Source of the DNA: Spirochaetales bacterium
GTDB taxonomy: Bacteria > Spirochaetota > Spirochaetia > SZUA-6 > RPPD01
DNA: 64,000 nucleotides
Assembly (NCBI GenBank): GCA_016929065.1
Contig: JAFGJO010000042.1
Location: 96,300-160,299, forward strand
Reading direction: 5' to 3'
Shown in pieces: positions 44,048-55,865 of this stretch. The notes under the pieces were generated by a model, which did no database searches, was not told where the DNA came from, and saw only the letters and a program-made list of their open reading frames with translations. Every line of letters begins with the position of its first letter. Positions within the stretch are counted from its first letter, which is position 1. The position numbers and the translations under genes are program-made.

Positions 44048-44827
44048 TTATGTGCGTGTGATCGGTATCATATTCAGTTTTTCACGGCAGGATTTCCAAT
44101 CCGGAAGGTATTTTGTCATCAGTTTTTTAAAGTGTGCATTATGATATCGTTCCAGAAAGTGCGTCAATTCGTGAACGATCACATACTCAACACATTCCAT
44201 GGGTTTTTTTGCCAGTTCAAGATTCAGCCAGATCCGTTTTGCCGTTCTGTTGCAGGTTCCCCATTTGGTTTTCATTTTTTTTATGCCCCACTCATCCGCC
44301 TTCACCCCGATAATTTTTTCCCAGTTTTCGATCTTTTCCGGGACAAGCCTTTTTAATTCCTTCCGGTACCATTCATTCAGAATTGAACGGCGTTTCTCTG
44401 CCCCATACTTTTTCTGACAGGACAGAAGTATCGTTCCGTTTTCCAGTTTCACTTTCGAATAGTTGTCTAAATGGAACACCCGAAGCGGATACAGTTTGCC
44501 CAAATAAAAATGCATTTCGCCGGTGATATATTGTTTCGGCGAATCGGTTTTTATTTTCCGAAACTTTTGCTGCTGGTGTTTTATCCAGTCTGCCTTTGAT
44601 TCAACAAATCGTGTGATCGCGGCGTCGGACATAAAAACCGGCGCCGATACGCAGACTCTTCCATCTGGAGGGTAAATTCGCAGATGCAGATTTTTTATTT
44701 TCTTGCGGGTCACTTCTATTGAAACATCGGCAATGTTCAGGAAATACGTTTCCTGCAGCGGCCTTTTACTGTTTTGTTTATGGGTTTCGTATAAAAATTG
44801 TGAATACATGTTTTTCAGAAAATTCAT
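44048..44827 (-). CDS. YgjP/DUF45 (M48-like) zinc metallohydrolase
   Basis: HExxH 'VIVHELTHFLERYH' near the C-terminus. The overall length and 'WGTCN...IWLN' motif are typical of YgjP. Confidence 0.75.
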   Translation of the reverse strand: MNFLKNMYSQFLYETHKQNSKRPLQETYFLNIADVSIEVTRKKIKNLHLRIYPPDGRVCVSAPVFMSDAAITRFVESKADWIKHQQQKFRKIKTDSPKQYITGEMHFYLGKLYPLRVFHLDNYSKVKLENGTILLSCQKKYGAEKRRSILNEWYRKELKRLVPEKIENWEKIIGVKADEWGIKKMKTKWGTCNRTAKRIWLNLELAKKPMECVEYVIVHELTHFLERYHNAHFKKLMTKYLPDWKSCREKLNMIPITRT

Positions 44828-44859
44828 GGAAACCTGTTCCTTTTATTATTTATTTCCGG

Positions 44860-45255
44860 TTAATAATCGTTTTTTATTAAAAGTGTGTCAATATTTTTAA
44901 AATGCGTATCAAGAGAAAAGAGAGCCAAACCATTTTGTAAGGCACAAGCGGCAATCCATATATCATTCGACGGAATTGGAGTCCCTTTAAATTTTAACGC
45001 AATAAAAATATTGGCATAAAATTCTGCGGTATTATCATCATGAGGAAGAATAAAAACTCGTGATGAATTACAGAATTCTTCCAATTCCCGCATATTCTGT
45101 TTTTCCCTGCTCCCCGCCTTGAATCCGGAATACAATTCCGCCAATACCGTTACATCCAGGCCAATAAAATCACAATACCGCAACGCCTCGACAATTCTGT
45201 TATTGTTTTTCTTGAATTCCGAATAGATATTTGTATCGATAAGTACTCTTCTCAT
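44860..45255 (-). CDS. vapC: PIN-domain toxin (VapC family)
   Basis: 'RVLIDTNIY' with the first acidic residue, then 'LDVTVLAEL', 'IPSNDIWIAACA', 'LFSLDTHF'. The ATG at 45255 overlaps the TGA of the upstream antitoxin (ATGA). The ORF extends to a GTG at 45261. Confidence 0.8.
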   Translation of the reverse strand: MRRVLIDTNIYSEFKKNNNRIVEALRYCDFIGLDVTVLAELYSGFKAGSREKQNMRELEEFCNSSRVFILPHDDNTAEFYANIFIALKFKGTPIPSNDIWIAACALQNGLALFSLDTHFKNIDTLLIKNDY

Positions 45256-45509
45256 CTCCACATCTCCTCATCAATTTTCTCAAAACCGGCTGTGGCGTTC
45301 AGGAATTCTTTATATTCTTTTTCTGTCCATGTCCCGCTTAAATCATCAAGATCATGGTACACCGGATATTTTGCATCTTGTTCCAGGCCAAGAGCCTTCC
45401 GTAAAAGAGTAATTATGGTTTTATTGATACTTGAATCTTCTTTTCTGGATAATTCTTCCAGGCCTTTGTGCAGTTTATCATCTATACCGCGAATAGTGAT
45501 TGATTTCAT
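45252..45509 (-). CDS. vapB: Ribbon-helix-helix antitoxin (VapB/FitA-like)
   Basis: 'MKSITIRGIDDKLHKGLEELSRKEDSSINKTIITLLRKALG' is an RHH/CopG pattern with an acidic C-terminal tail. Immediately upstream of the PIN gene. Confidence 0.7.
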   Translation of the reverse strand: MKSITIRGIDDKLHKGLEELSRKEDSSINKTIITLLRKALGLEQDAKYPVYHDLDDLSGTWTEKEYKEFLNATAGFEKIDEEMWR

Positions 45510-45609
45510 ACAACCCTCCATGATGTCATTTATGACATCAATTCGATGTCATAAATATAGCATGTTTCACACCTGATTTCAATATTCTCACTGATATTGT
45601 TTTCCATAC

Positions 45610-46191
45610 ATGATTCATGTTAAAATTGGAACTATGAATTCAAAAAAAGACCCCTCAGAAATTCTCACAGATTTCTTCAACCATGCCACACCCGATGAAA
45701 TCCGTGAATTAAAGGCACTTATCCAAAGCCGCAAGCAAAACAAAAGCCTGAACAACATGAATTTCTCCTCGATGGCAGAACAGGTTGCCGCATCAATAAA
45801 AGACCAGATGGGCCTGTCAAAGGATTTCGTCAAGGAAACTGCGGAAACGGCCATCAAACAGATTATCCGGGCATACGCGCCCGATATCCCGCCCAAAGAC
45901 CTGGACGCACTCGTTAAGGCCATGACACCTTCCATGCATAAAAAATATGAAGCTGCGGTACCACCGGAAATGCTCAAAGAAATGGTTTCGCTGTTTGTCG
46001 ACTACAGCCTGGGAAGAATGAGCGAGGATGAAAAACAGGAAATGCCAACAGGCTGGTCGCAGAAATACTGGTTTGCCTTTTCGCCGGTTATTCAGGGACT
46101 GATCAACCGGTTTCTGCATGGCGAGGTTGATGAAGAATTGTTTTGGCTTGCGATCGATGAAGCAATCCGGAGATCAAAAACATCAGGATAA
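45610..46191 (+). CDS. Hypothetical all-alpha protein
   Basis: 193 aa with no recognisable motif. The likely start is MNSKKD at 45634. Confidence 0.35.
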   Translation: MIHVKIGTMNSKKDPSEILTDFFNHATPDEIRELKALIQSRKQNKSLNNMNFSSMAEQVAASIKDQMGLSKDFVKETAETAIKQIIRAYAPDIPPKDLDALVKAMTPSMHKKYEAAVPPEMLKEMVSLFVDYSLGRMSEDEKQEMPTGWSQKYWFAFSPVIQGLINRFLHGEVDEELFWLAIDEAIRRSKTSG

Positions 46192-46208
46192 AAAACAGAG
46201 GACCGCTC

Positions 46209-46502
46209 ATGATAATTAAAGGTAATGCTATTCCCTTTCAGAACAACAGGCGCCCTTTTGATCTTGAAGGAAGGGAAATAAAAACAAAACACTTTGTCAC
46301 CCGCATCACCGCACCGGATAACCCTTTTCTCCCGCATAAGCATGAACAATCAGAACTGTGGTTTATTCTTGAAGGCAATGGTGTTGTCACCCTCGAGGGG
46401 AAGGATTTTCCGGTGGAAAAGGCTGATCTGATTATCCTCGATCCATGGCAGGAACATGGATTGAGAACCGAAACTGAAATTACCTGGATTTGTCTGGGAT
46501 AA
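46209..46502 (+). CDS. Cupin-domain protein
   Basis: 'HKHEQSELWFILEGNGVVTLEGKDFPVEKADLIILDPWQEHGL' matches cupin motifs G(x)5HxH and G(x)5PxGxxH. Confidence 0.7.
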   Translation: MIIKGNAIPFQNNRRPFDLEGREIKTKHFVTRITAPDNPFLPHKHEQSELWFILEGNGVVTLEGKDFPVEKADLIILDPWQEHGLRTETEITWICLG

Positions 46503-46525
46503 TACATAAAAAAAACTCACTCTTT

Positions 46526-47941
46526 TCACGACCCCTTGAACTCGGAAACCAGACTTTGAATTGTTGCCTTTGCATCACCGAAGAGCATCCGGGTGTTTTT
46601 TCGGAAAAACAGAGGATTGGTAATACCCGCAAACCCGGTCGCCATGGAGCGCTTTAAGACAAACACGGTCCTGGCCTGGTCGGCATTGATAATGGGCATG
46701 CCGTAAATGGGGCTTGTTTCATCTTCGTGTGCCGCCGGGTTTACCACATCATTTGCACCAACGACGATACAAACATCAACCGTCGGCATTTGTGTATTAA
46801 TAGCCTCCATCTCCACAAGCTGGTCATACGGCACATTTGCCTCTGCCAGGAGCACATTCATGTGTCCGGGCATACGTCCTGCTACCGGATGAATCGCATA
46901 GCTCACGTCCGCCCCATTTTGTTCCAGAAGCTCCCCAAGTTCCCTGGTTACATGCTGCGCCTGTGCAACCGCAAGGCCGTATCCCGGAACAAAAACGACC
47001 GATCCGGCCGCCTCGAGAATAAGGTATGCATCCTCAACAGATATCGGCTGTACTGTTCCCTCGGCAGCTTTCCCGTGAGCGACCGAACTTGAACCAAAGC
47101 CGCTGAACAAGACGTTCGAAATCGAACGGTTCATCGCCTTGCACATGATATTGGTAAGAATTATCCCGCTCGCGCCAACCAATGCGCCCGAGACAATCAG
47201 TATGTTATTTTGAATTACAAATCCGGCTGCACATGCTGCAAGCCCGGAAAAACTGTTCAGCAGGGAAATCACCACCGGCATGTCTGCCCCGCCAATCGGG
47301 ATGACAAACAACACGCCGTAAATAAACGAGAGCAAGACCACTGTCAAAAAGGGAACATATCCGGCAGGCAGGGCAAAAACCAACGGGATCATTCCCGCAA
47401 TTTCAAGGCCGAACCAGACCCCGGAACCGGCCATCCCTGCCAACAACAGTCCATTGACTATATGCTGTCCCGGAAACAATACCGGGCTGCCCCCGATAAT
47501 CTCGCTTAGTTTCAGGAACGCAACAAGACTGCCGGTAAAAGTCACCCCGCCGATAATCACCGACAATACTATCGTAACAGTCTGAAGACTGTCCAGAGAC
47601 TGGGCTCCCGCGCCGAGTGAATAATGAAACACCGCCCAGCCGACGAGCAGGCTGGCGATTCCGCCGAACCCGTTAAACAAGGCAACCATTTCCGGCATCT
47701 TGGTCATGGCAACCAGACGTGCCGCAAATATGCCGATGACCGTTCCGATCAAAAGGCCGAGTGCAATCCATTGATAATCAACGATCCCCTTGCTGAACAG
47801 GGTAACGACAACCGCCGAAAGCATTCCCAAAGCGGAAATAAAATTGCCGAGCCTCGCTGCCGACGGTTTGCTCATCATTTTTAATCCCACGACAAAACTG
47901 ATCGCGGCAACGATATATACAAGATTGATAATCAAATCCAT
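46526..47941 (-). CDS. pntB: NAD(P) transhydrogenase beta subunit
   Basis: N-terminal polytopic domain plus C-terminal NADP(H)-binding dIII 'ICIVVGANDVVNPAA...IYGMPII'. The ATG at 47941 sits beside the pntA2 stop. Confidence 0.9.
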   Translation of the reverse strand: MDLIINLVYIVAAISFVVGLKMMSKPSAARLGNFISALGMLSAVVVTLFSKGIVDYQWIALGLLIGTVIGIFAARLVAMTKMPEMVALFNGFGGIASLLVGWAVFHYSLGAGAQSLDSLQTVTIVLSVIIGGVTFTGSLVAFLKLSEIIGGSPVLFPGQHIVNGLLLAGMAGSGVWFGLEIAGMIPLVFALPAGYVPFLTVVLLSFIYGVLFVIPIGGADMPVVISLLNSFSGLAACAAGFVIQNNILIVSGALVGASGIILTNIMCKAMNRSISNVLFSGFGSSSVAHGKAAEGTVQPISVEDAYLILEAAGSVVFVPGYGLAVAQAQHVTRELGELLEQNGADVSYAIHPVAGRMPGHMNVLLAEANVPYDQLVEMEAINTQMPTVDVCIVVGANDVVNPAAHEDETSPIYGMPIINADQARTVFVLKRSMATGFAGITNPLFFRKNTRMLFGDAKATIQSLVSEFKGS

Positions 47942-47942
47942 A

Positions 47943-48239
47943 TTATTTTTCCTGCACTTTCTTTTTCTTGAACATGCCAAGCATTCGGTCGGTTACCACA
48001 TACCCGCCGACAACATTAATCGTTGCAAACGCAACCGCGGAAACGCCCAGTGTAATGCTTATCCATTCAGGTACTCCTGTCCCCGCAGTGATGAGAGCAC
48101 CAATCAGGGTAATACCTGATATGGCATTTGACCCTGACATAAGCGGCGTATGGAGTGTGGAAGGCACCTTTGAGATCACTTCAAATCCCAAAAAAATGGA
48201 TAAAATCAGAATGAATCCAAGAGGTATCAATACTTCCAT
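47943..48239 (-). CDS. pntA: NAD(P) transhydrogenase alpha subunit part 2 (membrane segment)
   Basis: About 98 aa with three TM helices: 'MEVLIPLGFILILSIFLGFEV...GITLIGALITAG...LGVSAVAFATINVVGGYVVT'. ATGA overlap with pntA part 1. Confidence 0.85.
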   Translation of the reverse strand: MEVLIPLGFILILSIFLGFEVISKVPSTLHTPLMSGSNAISGITLIGALITAGTGVPEWISITLGVSAVAFATINVVGGYVVTDRMLGMFKKKKVQEK

Positions 48240-48240
48240 G

Positions 48241-49389
48241 TTATTTCCTCGCTTTCTTTGCTGTAAATGCAGCGACAAGCATTTCACTGCATATTTTTTT
48301 ATCTTTTGTAATTACACAGGAAGCAAGGATGTCGTCCTGCGTGGCCACATCAAACTGTTTTGTTTCCTTGTCCCAAAACTCCTCAAGCAGATTAAAAATG
48401 TTGTTCGCATACATCTGGGTCGCATTATACGGAACCATCCCGGGAAGATTATCATACCCGATAATGACCACCCCGTTTTTATTGATTTCCCTGTTGCAGA
48501 CCGTCCCCTCGACATTGCCGCCCGTTCCGGCGGCCATGTCGACAATTATGCTTCCCGGATTCATTCGGGCAACGGTTTGTTTTGTCACAATCACCGGTGC
48601 TTTTTTCCCGAACACCTGCGCGGTGGTTATGACAATATCCGCCTGTTCACAATACTTTGCGATCATTTCCCTCTGTTTTTGAATCTGTTTGGGAGTGAGC
48701 TGTTTTGCATACCCGTCTTTTGTTTCACCAGTCGCACCCAAATCCAGCTTGACGAATTTGGCCCCGAGCGAGCGCACCTGTTCCTCGACCGCTGGACGGG
48801 TATCAAACGCCTCCACGCGTGCGCCGAGCCGTTTCGCTGTCGCGATCGCCTGAAGCCCCGCAACTCCCGCACCAATAATAAATACCCGCGCCGGGGATAT
48901 GGTCCCCGACGGCGTCACCATCATGGGAAATATTTTCTGCAGCCGCTCCGCAGCAAGGATCACCGCGGCATATCCGCCAAGGCTTGCCTGGGAGCTTAAT
49001 GCATCCATTTTCTGCGCCTTTGTGGAACGGGGAATCAGTTCCATGCACAGCGCAGTCACTCCGCGGCTGGCCAGACTCTGTACAAGTGATTTCTCGTTGA
49101 ATGGATCAAGAAAACTGATGTGCACAGTCCCCGGATGCAAAAGAGCGATATCTTTCGTATCCGGTTTGTTGATGCGGACGATCATATCGGAGGTGCTGAA
49201 TAATTTTTTCCGCTCTTTTAGTACAGCCGCGCCTGCTGTTTTGTAGGCAGTGTCGGGATGCCCGGCAGCCTCTCCCGCCCCCGCCTCAATCTGCACTTTC
49301 GCACCAAGAGCAATCACTTTTTTTGCGATCTCGGGGGTGATTGCACAGCGCGTCTCGTTTTTTGGTTCTTTGGGAATTCCAATAATCAT
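48241..49389 (-). CDS. pntA: NAD(P) transhydrogenase alpha subunit part 1 (AlaDH/PNT dI domain)
   Basis: 'MIIGIPKEPKNETRCAITPE' and the NAD-binding 'VFIIGAGVAGLQAIATAKRLGARV'. Confidence 0.9.
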   Translation of the reverse strand: MIIGIPKEPKNETRCAITPEIAKKVIALGAKVQIEAGAGEAAGHPDTAYKTAGAAVLKERKKLFSTSDMIVRINKPDTKDIALLHPGTVHISFLDPFNEKSLVQSLASRGVTALCMELIPRSTKAQKMDALSSQASLGGYAAVILAAERLQKIFPMMVTPSGTISPARVFIIGAGVAGLQAIATAKRLGARVEAFDTRPAVEEQVRSLGAKFVKLDLGATGETKDGYAKQLTPKQIQKQREMIAKYCEQADIVITTAQVFGKKAPVIVTKQTVARMNPGSIIVDMAAGTGGNVEGTVCNREINKNGVVIIGYDNLPGMVPYNATQMYANNIFNLLEEFWDKETKQFDVATQDDILASCVITKDKKICSEMLVAAFTAKKARK

Positions 49390-49514
49390 AGGTTCTTATT
49401 ATTCCTTGTCATTTTTTTCCCCTCCATTTTTTTAAAATATATATATGCCGCCCGGAAAACAAGCAATACACAGAAAAAATCATATATAATTTCCAGCCAT
49501 ACACGCTGTTCCAC

Positions 49515-50021
49515 TCACAGAAAAAATTCCATCTGAAAATCATTGAGCATGAAGGGGCCAAAACATGTATTTTCCTCGTTTTCTATCTTGAATCCGAACC
49601 GCATATAGGCGAAAATCGCCTTTTTATTGTTTCGATGCACATTCAGGACTATCTTTTTTGCTCGATTCTCTCTTGCGTATTCCCTTACCATACTAAAAGC
49701 CTTCCTTCCAATGCCCATGCCATGGTACGAAGGATGAACATAAATCTTGTGAAGCTTGCAGATATCTGCACACATCATGGAATAAGAAAAATAACCGGCT
49801 GGTTGTTCATTATAATATATGATCTGCCATTTGACGCCAGCGGCAATCTCCCTTTTTATCGCCGGGGCAGTATACATCTCATTCAGCATGTAGTTGATCT
49901 GCTTCTGGCTGATGATTCCAGGAAAATGCAAATTCCAGATGGTCGTTGCCAGATTTAAAAGAAGATCGGTATCTTTGGCTGTTGCAGGACGAAATTCTGT
50001 TTTCAGAGTGCACCCCGGCAA
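49515..50021 (-). CDS. GNAT family N-acetyltransferase
   Basis: 'KLHKIYVHPSYHGMGIGRKAF' acetyl-CoA-binding motif A. Confidence 0.75.
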   Translation of the reverse strand: MPGCTLKTEFRPATAKDTDLLLNLATTIWNLHFPGIISQKQINYMLNEMYTAPAIKREIAAGVKWQIIYYNEQPAGYFSYSMMCADICKLHKIYVHPSYHGMGIGRKAFSMVREYARENRAKKIVLNVHRNNKKAIFAYMRFGFKIENEENTCFGPFMLNDFQMEFFL

Positions 50022-50297
50022 TTTTACATTATCAGTACATTATATATTATGGGAAACCAAATTTCGAGGGGTTTTTCAGGTGCGGGATGAAATTATTTTT
50101 TCCCGCAAAGTACACAAGCGGCATAAAAAATCGAACGCAAAGAATATATTTATTTCGGGAAGCCTGTTTTTTAGGTTAAACATACATACTTGAAGAAAAC
50201 AGTAATTACAAAAAGTCAAGGAGAGAGGCAGAATCATCCGAATCATTTCAATTATCCATTAAATCATATTGATCCTGCCTTCTTCATTTGAACTTGA

Positions 50298-50912
50298 TCA
50301 TTTAAACCCTTTACTATACGGGAGACTGCTCAAGGTCGCTTCTACTTCAGCATCATTTTTCTGCAGTTCAAAAACCGTATCCCACGTACCGTTTATCAGC
50401 GACTGACGGTGCGATTCCGGCATGGTAAACGAAAAAATTTCCCCATCGCATTCAATTGTTTTGTCCATCAGACTGATCACAACCTTGATCTGCGGGCTCT
50501 TCTGAATTTTCGCGGCAAGATTTTCAACTGCTGATTTTTTCACTGACACTGCCGGCAGGCCAAGCGTTGCACAGTTGCCCGCAAAGATCTCGGCAAAACT
50601 TTCCGCGATAAAAGCATCAAAGCCAAAACGCTTTAATGCCTGCGGGGCATGTTCACGGCTCGAACCGCATCCAAAATTGTTGTTGGATAAAAGAATATTA
50701 GCAGCTGCATATATCTCTTCATTCAGGGGGTGTTCCTTTGGCGTCTCATCCGCATTAAACCGGACGTCATAGAATGCATATTTTCCAAGACCATCAAAGG
50801 TCACACACCGCATGAACCGGGCAGGAATTATTTGATCGGTGTCTATATCATCACCGGGCACATACACCCCCCGGCCTTCTATTCTGATTTTTTTTACGTC
50901 ATCGTTTGCCAT
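50298..50912 (-). CDS. leuD: 3-isopropylmalate dehydratase small subunit (LeuD family)
   Basis: 'GRGVYVPGDDIDTDQIIPARF' and 'NFGCGSSREHAPQAL'. Start MANDDV is preferred over the longer ORF starting at 50939. Confidence 0.8.
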   Translation of the reverse strand: MANDDVKKIRIEGRGVYVPGDDIDTDQIIPARFMRCVTFDGLGKYAFYDVRFNADETPKEHPLNEEIYAAANILLSNNNFGCGSSREHAPQALKRFGFDAFIAESFAEIFAGNCATLGLPAVSVKKSAVENLAAKIQKSPQIKVVISLMDKTIECDGEIFSFTMPESHRQSLINGTWDTVFELQKNDAEVEATLSSLPYSKGFK

Positions 50913-51109
50913 ATATTTCTCCTTAACATAATTTTTCAAATTTCTCGCGGAGCGCGCAGAGGACGCGGAGGAATAATTCAGTTATTCCATCAATCATTTC
51001 TCTGATTCCGATCTTTAATGCAAGGTCACAGGCTGGTACCTTTTGACAACTTGTATTTCTTCCCTCTGTGTACTCCGCGGTCTTCGCGTGCTTTGTGTGA
51101 ACTCCTCTT

Positions 51110-52507
51110 CTACAATTTTCTGATGTCCACGACTTTCCCAGCAACAGCAGCAGCGGCAACCATGACCGGACTCATTAAAAGTGTCTTCCCGGTTGGAGAT
51201 CCCTGACGTCCAATGAAATTCCGGTTGGAGCTTGATGCCGACATCTGGTTTCCAACCAGTTTATCGGGATTCATCCCCAGACAGATTGAACAGCCGGCTT
51301 CACGCCACTGGAAGCCTGCCGCCTCAAATATTTTATCCAACCCTTCTTTTTCCGCCTGAATTTTTACGCTGTTGGAGCCGGGAACCACAAATGCCCACAC
51401 ACCCTCCGCCACTCTCTTGCCCTTCAGGAATTCAGCAGCATCACGAAGATCCGATATCCGGCCGTTGGTGCAGCTCCCGATAAAGGCGACATCTATTTTT
51501 TTGCCCTCCATGGTTTCACCTTCTTTAAAGCCCATATGAATAAGCCCCTTGCCGGCAGAATCCTGGTATTCTCCTGGAAGACTTGCTGTTTCAGGAATGG
51601 GCTCATCAACACCAATTGCCTGACCCGGATTAATCCCCCAGGTCACCATCGGTTTTAAATTGTTTACATCAAGCGTATATATATCATCGTACTGTGCATC
51701 TGCATCAGAGGCAATACTCTTCCAAAACTCAACAGCTTTGTCCCATGCAGCGCCCGAGGGTACATATTTTCGGCCTTTCAGATAATCAAACGTGGTCTGG
51801 TCCGGATTGATATACCCGAACCGCGCGCCTCCCTCGATACTCATATTGCAGACCGTCATCCGCTCTTCCATGGAAAGCCCTTCGATGGTCTCCCCGGCAT
51901 ACTCATACGCATAGCCAAGCCCTCCGTTGACGCCAAGTTCCGCGATAATCTTTAAAATAATATCCTTTGCGGTTACCCCCCTGGAAAGTTTTCCTTTCAC
52001 CTCAATCTTGCGGACCTTTGGTTTTCCCATTGCCATGGTCTGTGTTGCGAGCACATCGCGCACCTGGGATGTTCCGATCCCGAAGGCCAGTGCACCGAAT
52101 GCACCGTGTGTTGCGGTATGAGAATCCCCGCAGACAATGGTCATCCCCGGCTGGGTCAAGCCCAGCTCGGGCCCAATGATGTGCACGACTCCCTGAAGGC
52201 CTGATTCCGGGCCAAAAAAAGTAATCCCGTATTCTTTTGTATTCTTCTCGACTGCCTCCATCATGGCCTCGGCAAGGCTGTCGGCAAATGGACGGGCGCG
52301 GCTTTCTGTGGGAATAATATGGTCTGCGGTGGCGAAGGTCCGTTCCGGATGTTTTACGGCCATGTTATATTCCTTCAGCATGGCAAATGCCTGCGGTGAG
52401 GTCACCTCGTGAATCAGATGCAGGCCGATCGCAATCTGATCCTGGCCTGACGGCAGGGTTTTTACTTTATGGAGTTCCCATATTTTATCGACTAAATGTT
52501 TTCCCAT
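51110..52507 (-). CDS. leuC: 3-isopropylmalate dehydratase large subunit
   Basis: Aconitase-family motifs 'HEVTSPQAF', '[23 protein letters not shown]', 'IGSCTNGR'. Gives a leuCD pair. Confidence 0.9.
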   Translation of the reverse strand: MGKHLVDKIWELHKVKTLPSGQDQIAIGLHLIHEVTSPQAFAMLKEYNMAVKHPERTFATADHIIPTESRARPFADSLAEAMMEAVEKNTKEYGITFFGPESGLQGVVHIIGPELGLTQPGMTIVCGDSHTATHGAFGALAFGIGTSQVRDVLATQTMAMGKPKVRKIEVKGKLSRGVTAKDIILKIIAELGVNGGLGYAYEYAGETIEGLSMEERMTVCNMSIEGGARFGYINPDQTTFDYLKGRKYVPSGAAWDKAVEFWKSIASDADAQYDDIYTLDVNNLKPMVTWGINPGQAIGVDEPIPETASLPGEYQDSAGKGLIHMGFKEGETMEGKKIDVAFIGSCTNGRISDLRDAAEFLKGKRVAEGVWAFVVPGSNSVKIQAEKEGLDKIFEAAGFQWREAGCSICLGMNPDKLVGNQMSASSSNRNFIGRQGSPTGKTLLMSPVMVAAAAVAGKVVDIRKL

Positions 52508-52680
52508 AATATTTTTCTCCTGTAATGGTATATTTTTATGTAATGAAGATCATCAAATTCGCACAATAAAATAAATTAAGCAAGCACCAGGCTGAGATAT
52601 ATTTTTTTCATCCCGTTGATTTTTTGATCCTGTCTCCATTCCCCCATTGATCTTCGTGCAGAATTCTTCTTCTCTTGAGG

Positions 52681-53199
52681 CTATCCCGTGAGTTCTTCAC
52701 CCCGGGACATGAGCACTTTCCCTGTCCGTACCATTTCAATGATTTTGTACTTTCCGAGCATCTTGTGAAACCCGTCAAGTTTTTCTGTTGAGCCAGTTGA
52801 CTGTATGATCATTGTGTTGTCGGTCAGGTTTATGACTACCGCATCAAATACGTGGCTTATCTGCATGATCTCGGTCCGCTGTTCTGCCGCACATTGCAGC
52901 TTGATCAATGCCAGCTCCCGGTCAATAATGTTGTCTCCGGTATGGTCAGTTGCATGCACTACATCCACCAGTTTATTCAACTGCTTGATTATCTGCACGA
53001 GTGTTTCGGCGTCCCCGGATGCAACCAGATTCATGTGTGAAAACCTGGGGTCATGTGCCTCTGAAACCACCAGAGAGTCAATATTGAACCCGCGGCGTGC
53101 AAATATCAGGGAGATACGAATCAACACACCGGGTTTATTTGCAACATATAAACTGATTGCATGCTTTTTCATGTCTTTATTATTCCCGCTTGCTTTCAT
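52681..53199 (-). CDS. ilvN: Acetolactate synthase small (regulatory) subunit
   Basis: ACT domain 'HAISLYVANKPGVLIRISLIFARRGFNIDSLVV'. The start lies next to the ilvB stop. Confidence 0.85.
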   Translation of the reverse strand: MKASGNNKDMKKHAISLYVANKPGVLIRISLIFARRGFNIDSLVVSEAHDPRFSHMNLVASGDAETLVQIIKQLNKLVDVVHATDHTGDNIIDRELALIKLQCAAEQRTEIMQISHVFDAVVINLTDNTMIIQSTGSTEKLDGFHKMLGKYKIIEMVRTGKVLMSRGEELTG

Positions 53200-53200
53200 T

Positions 53201-54931
<1,731 letters not shown>

Positions 54932-55001
54932 ATGCTCTCCTTGTATTGTATAATTCCTTCTATAAGAAAAATCCAATAAACTACAGTATTGTTGTGTTCA
55001 T

Positions 55002-55032
55002 CTAAAATAGTCAGGATAGACGATTCTGTCAA
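55002..55032 (-). promoter_or_regulatory. Candidate sigma70 promoter for ilvBN (TTGACA, 17 bp spacer, TATTTT)
   Basis: Minus strand: TTGACAgaatcgtctatcctgacTATTTT. Confidence 0.35.
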
Positions 55033-55103
55033 AGGGTTTTCGGGATGTTTTTTAGTCAAAAATAAAAACTATCGACGCGTTTGGTTTTTTTTCATATGAT
55101 AGT

Positions 55104-55817
55104 ATGATGGGTATGTTTCATGATTTGAATGAATTACAGCAAGAATTGGAGCATCAGGATGCCGAAACAATTTTAAACTGGGCGTTCACCAGTTTCTCTC
55201 CAGAGGAAATCGTTATTGCGTGCAGTTTTCAAATAGAAGACCAGGTGATCTGTGATATGGCAATTGCCGGGCAGCATGATGTAAGTATTCTTACCATCGA
55301 CACCCTGAGACTGAATCAGGAAATATATGATACAATCCGTCTCTTTGAAAACAAATACGGAATACGCGTTCAAAAAATATATCCCGATTCAGAGGAAATT
55401 CAAAAAATGACAGCTGAAAAGAAGGAAAATTCTTTTCTCAACAGTAAACAGGATCGAGAGGCGTGCTGCTTTTTTCGAAAAGTCAAACCGCTCGCCAAGT
55501 CGCTTACCGGCAAAAAAGCATGGATAACCGGGCTTCGGCGGGAACAGTCATACAATAGAAAATGTATACAAAAAATAGAACAGGACACCCGGTTCAATAT
55601 TATCAAGATTAATCCGCTTGCAGACTGGACGCTTCAGGAAGTTTGGGACTATATAAAAAAACAGAACATCCCCTATTGTGTATTATATGACAGGGGGTAC
55701 ACCAGCATCGGGTGCGAACCGTGCACCCGTCCTGCAACAGACCCGGCAGATATCCGGTCCGGTAGATGGTGGTGGGAAACAGACAGTTCCCGCGAATGCG
55801 GAATGCATGAGAAATAG
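55104..55817 (+). CDS. cysH: Phosphoadenosine-phosphosulfate (PAPS/APS) reductase, thioredoxin-dependent CysH family
   Basis: PP-loop-like N-terminal region. The C-terminal 'ECGMHEK' matches the CysH catalytic 'ECGLH' motif. Confidence 0.7.
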   Translation: MMGMFHDLNELQQELEHQDAETILNWAFTSFSPEEIVIACSFQIEDQVICDMAIAGQHDVSILTIDTLRLNQEIYDTIRLFENKYGIRVQKIYPDSEEIQKMTAEKKENSFLNSKQDREACCFFRKVKPLAKSLTGKKAWITGLRREQSYNRKCIQKIEQDTRFNIIKINPLADWTLQEVWDYIKKQNIPYCVLYDRGYTSIGCEPCTRPATDPADIRSGRWWWETDSSRECGMHEK

Positions 55818-55865
55818 AAAAAACCGCACCAGAACAGTACAGCTTTTTACATGGGTGTATGCTCC

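Noticed and set aside
54932-54976. Longer ilvB ORF starting [15 protein letters not shown], and a possible MNTTIL leader peptide upstream.
   Set aside because: MAAQKK at 54931 has a canonical AGGAG RBS and matches acetolactate synthase N-termini. The 6-codon MNTTIL ORF would begin upstream of the transcription start predicted from the TTGACA-17-TATTTT promoter, and no terminator hairpin follows it.
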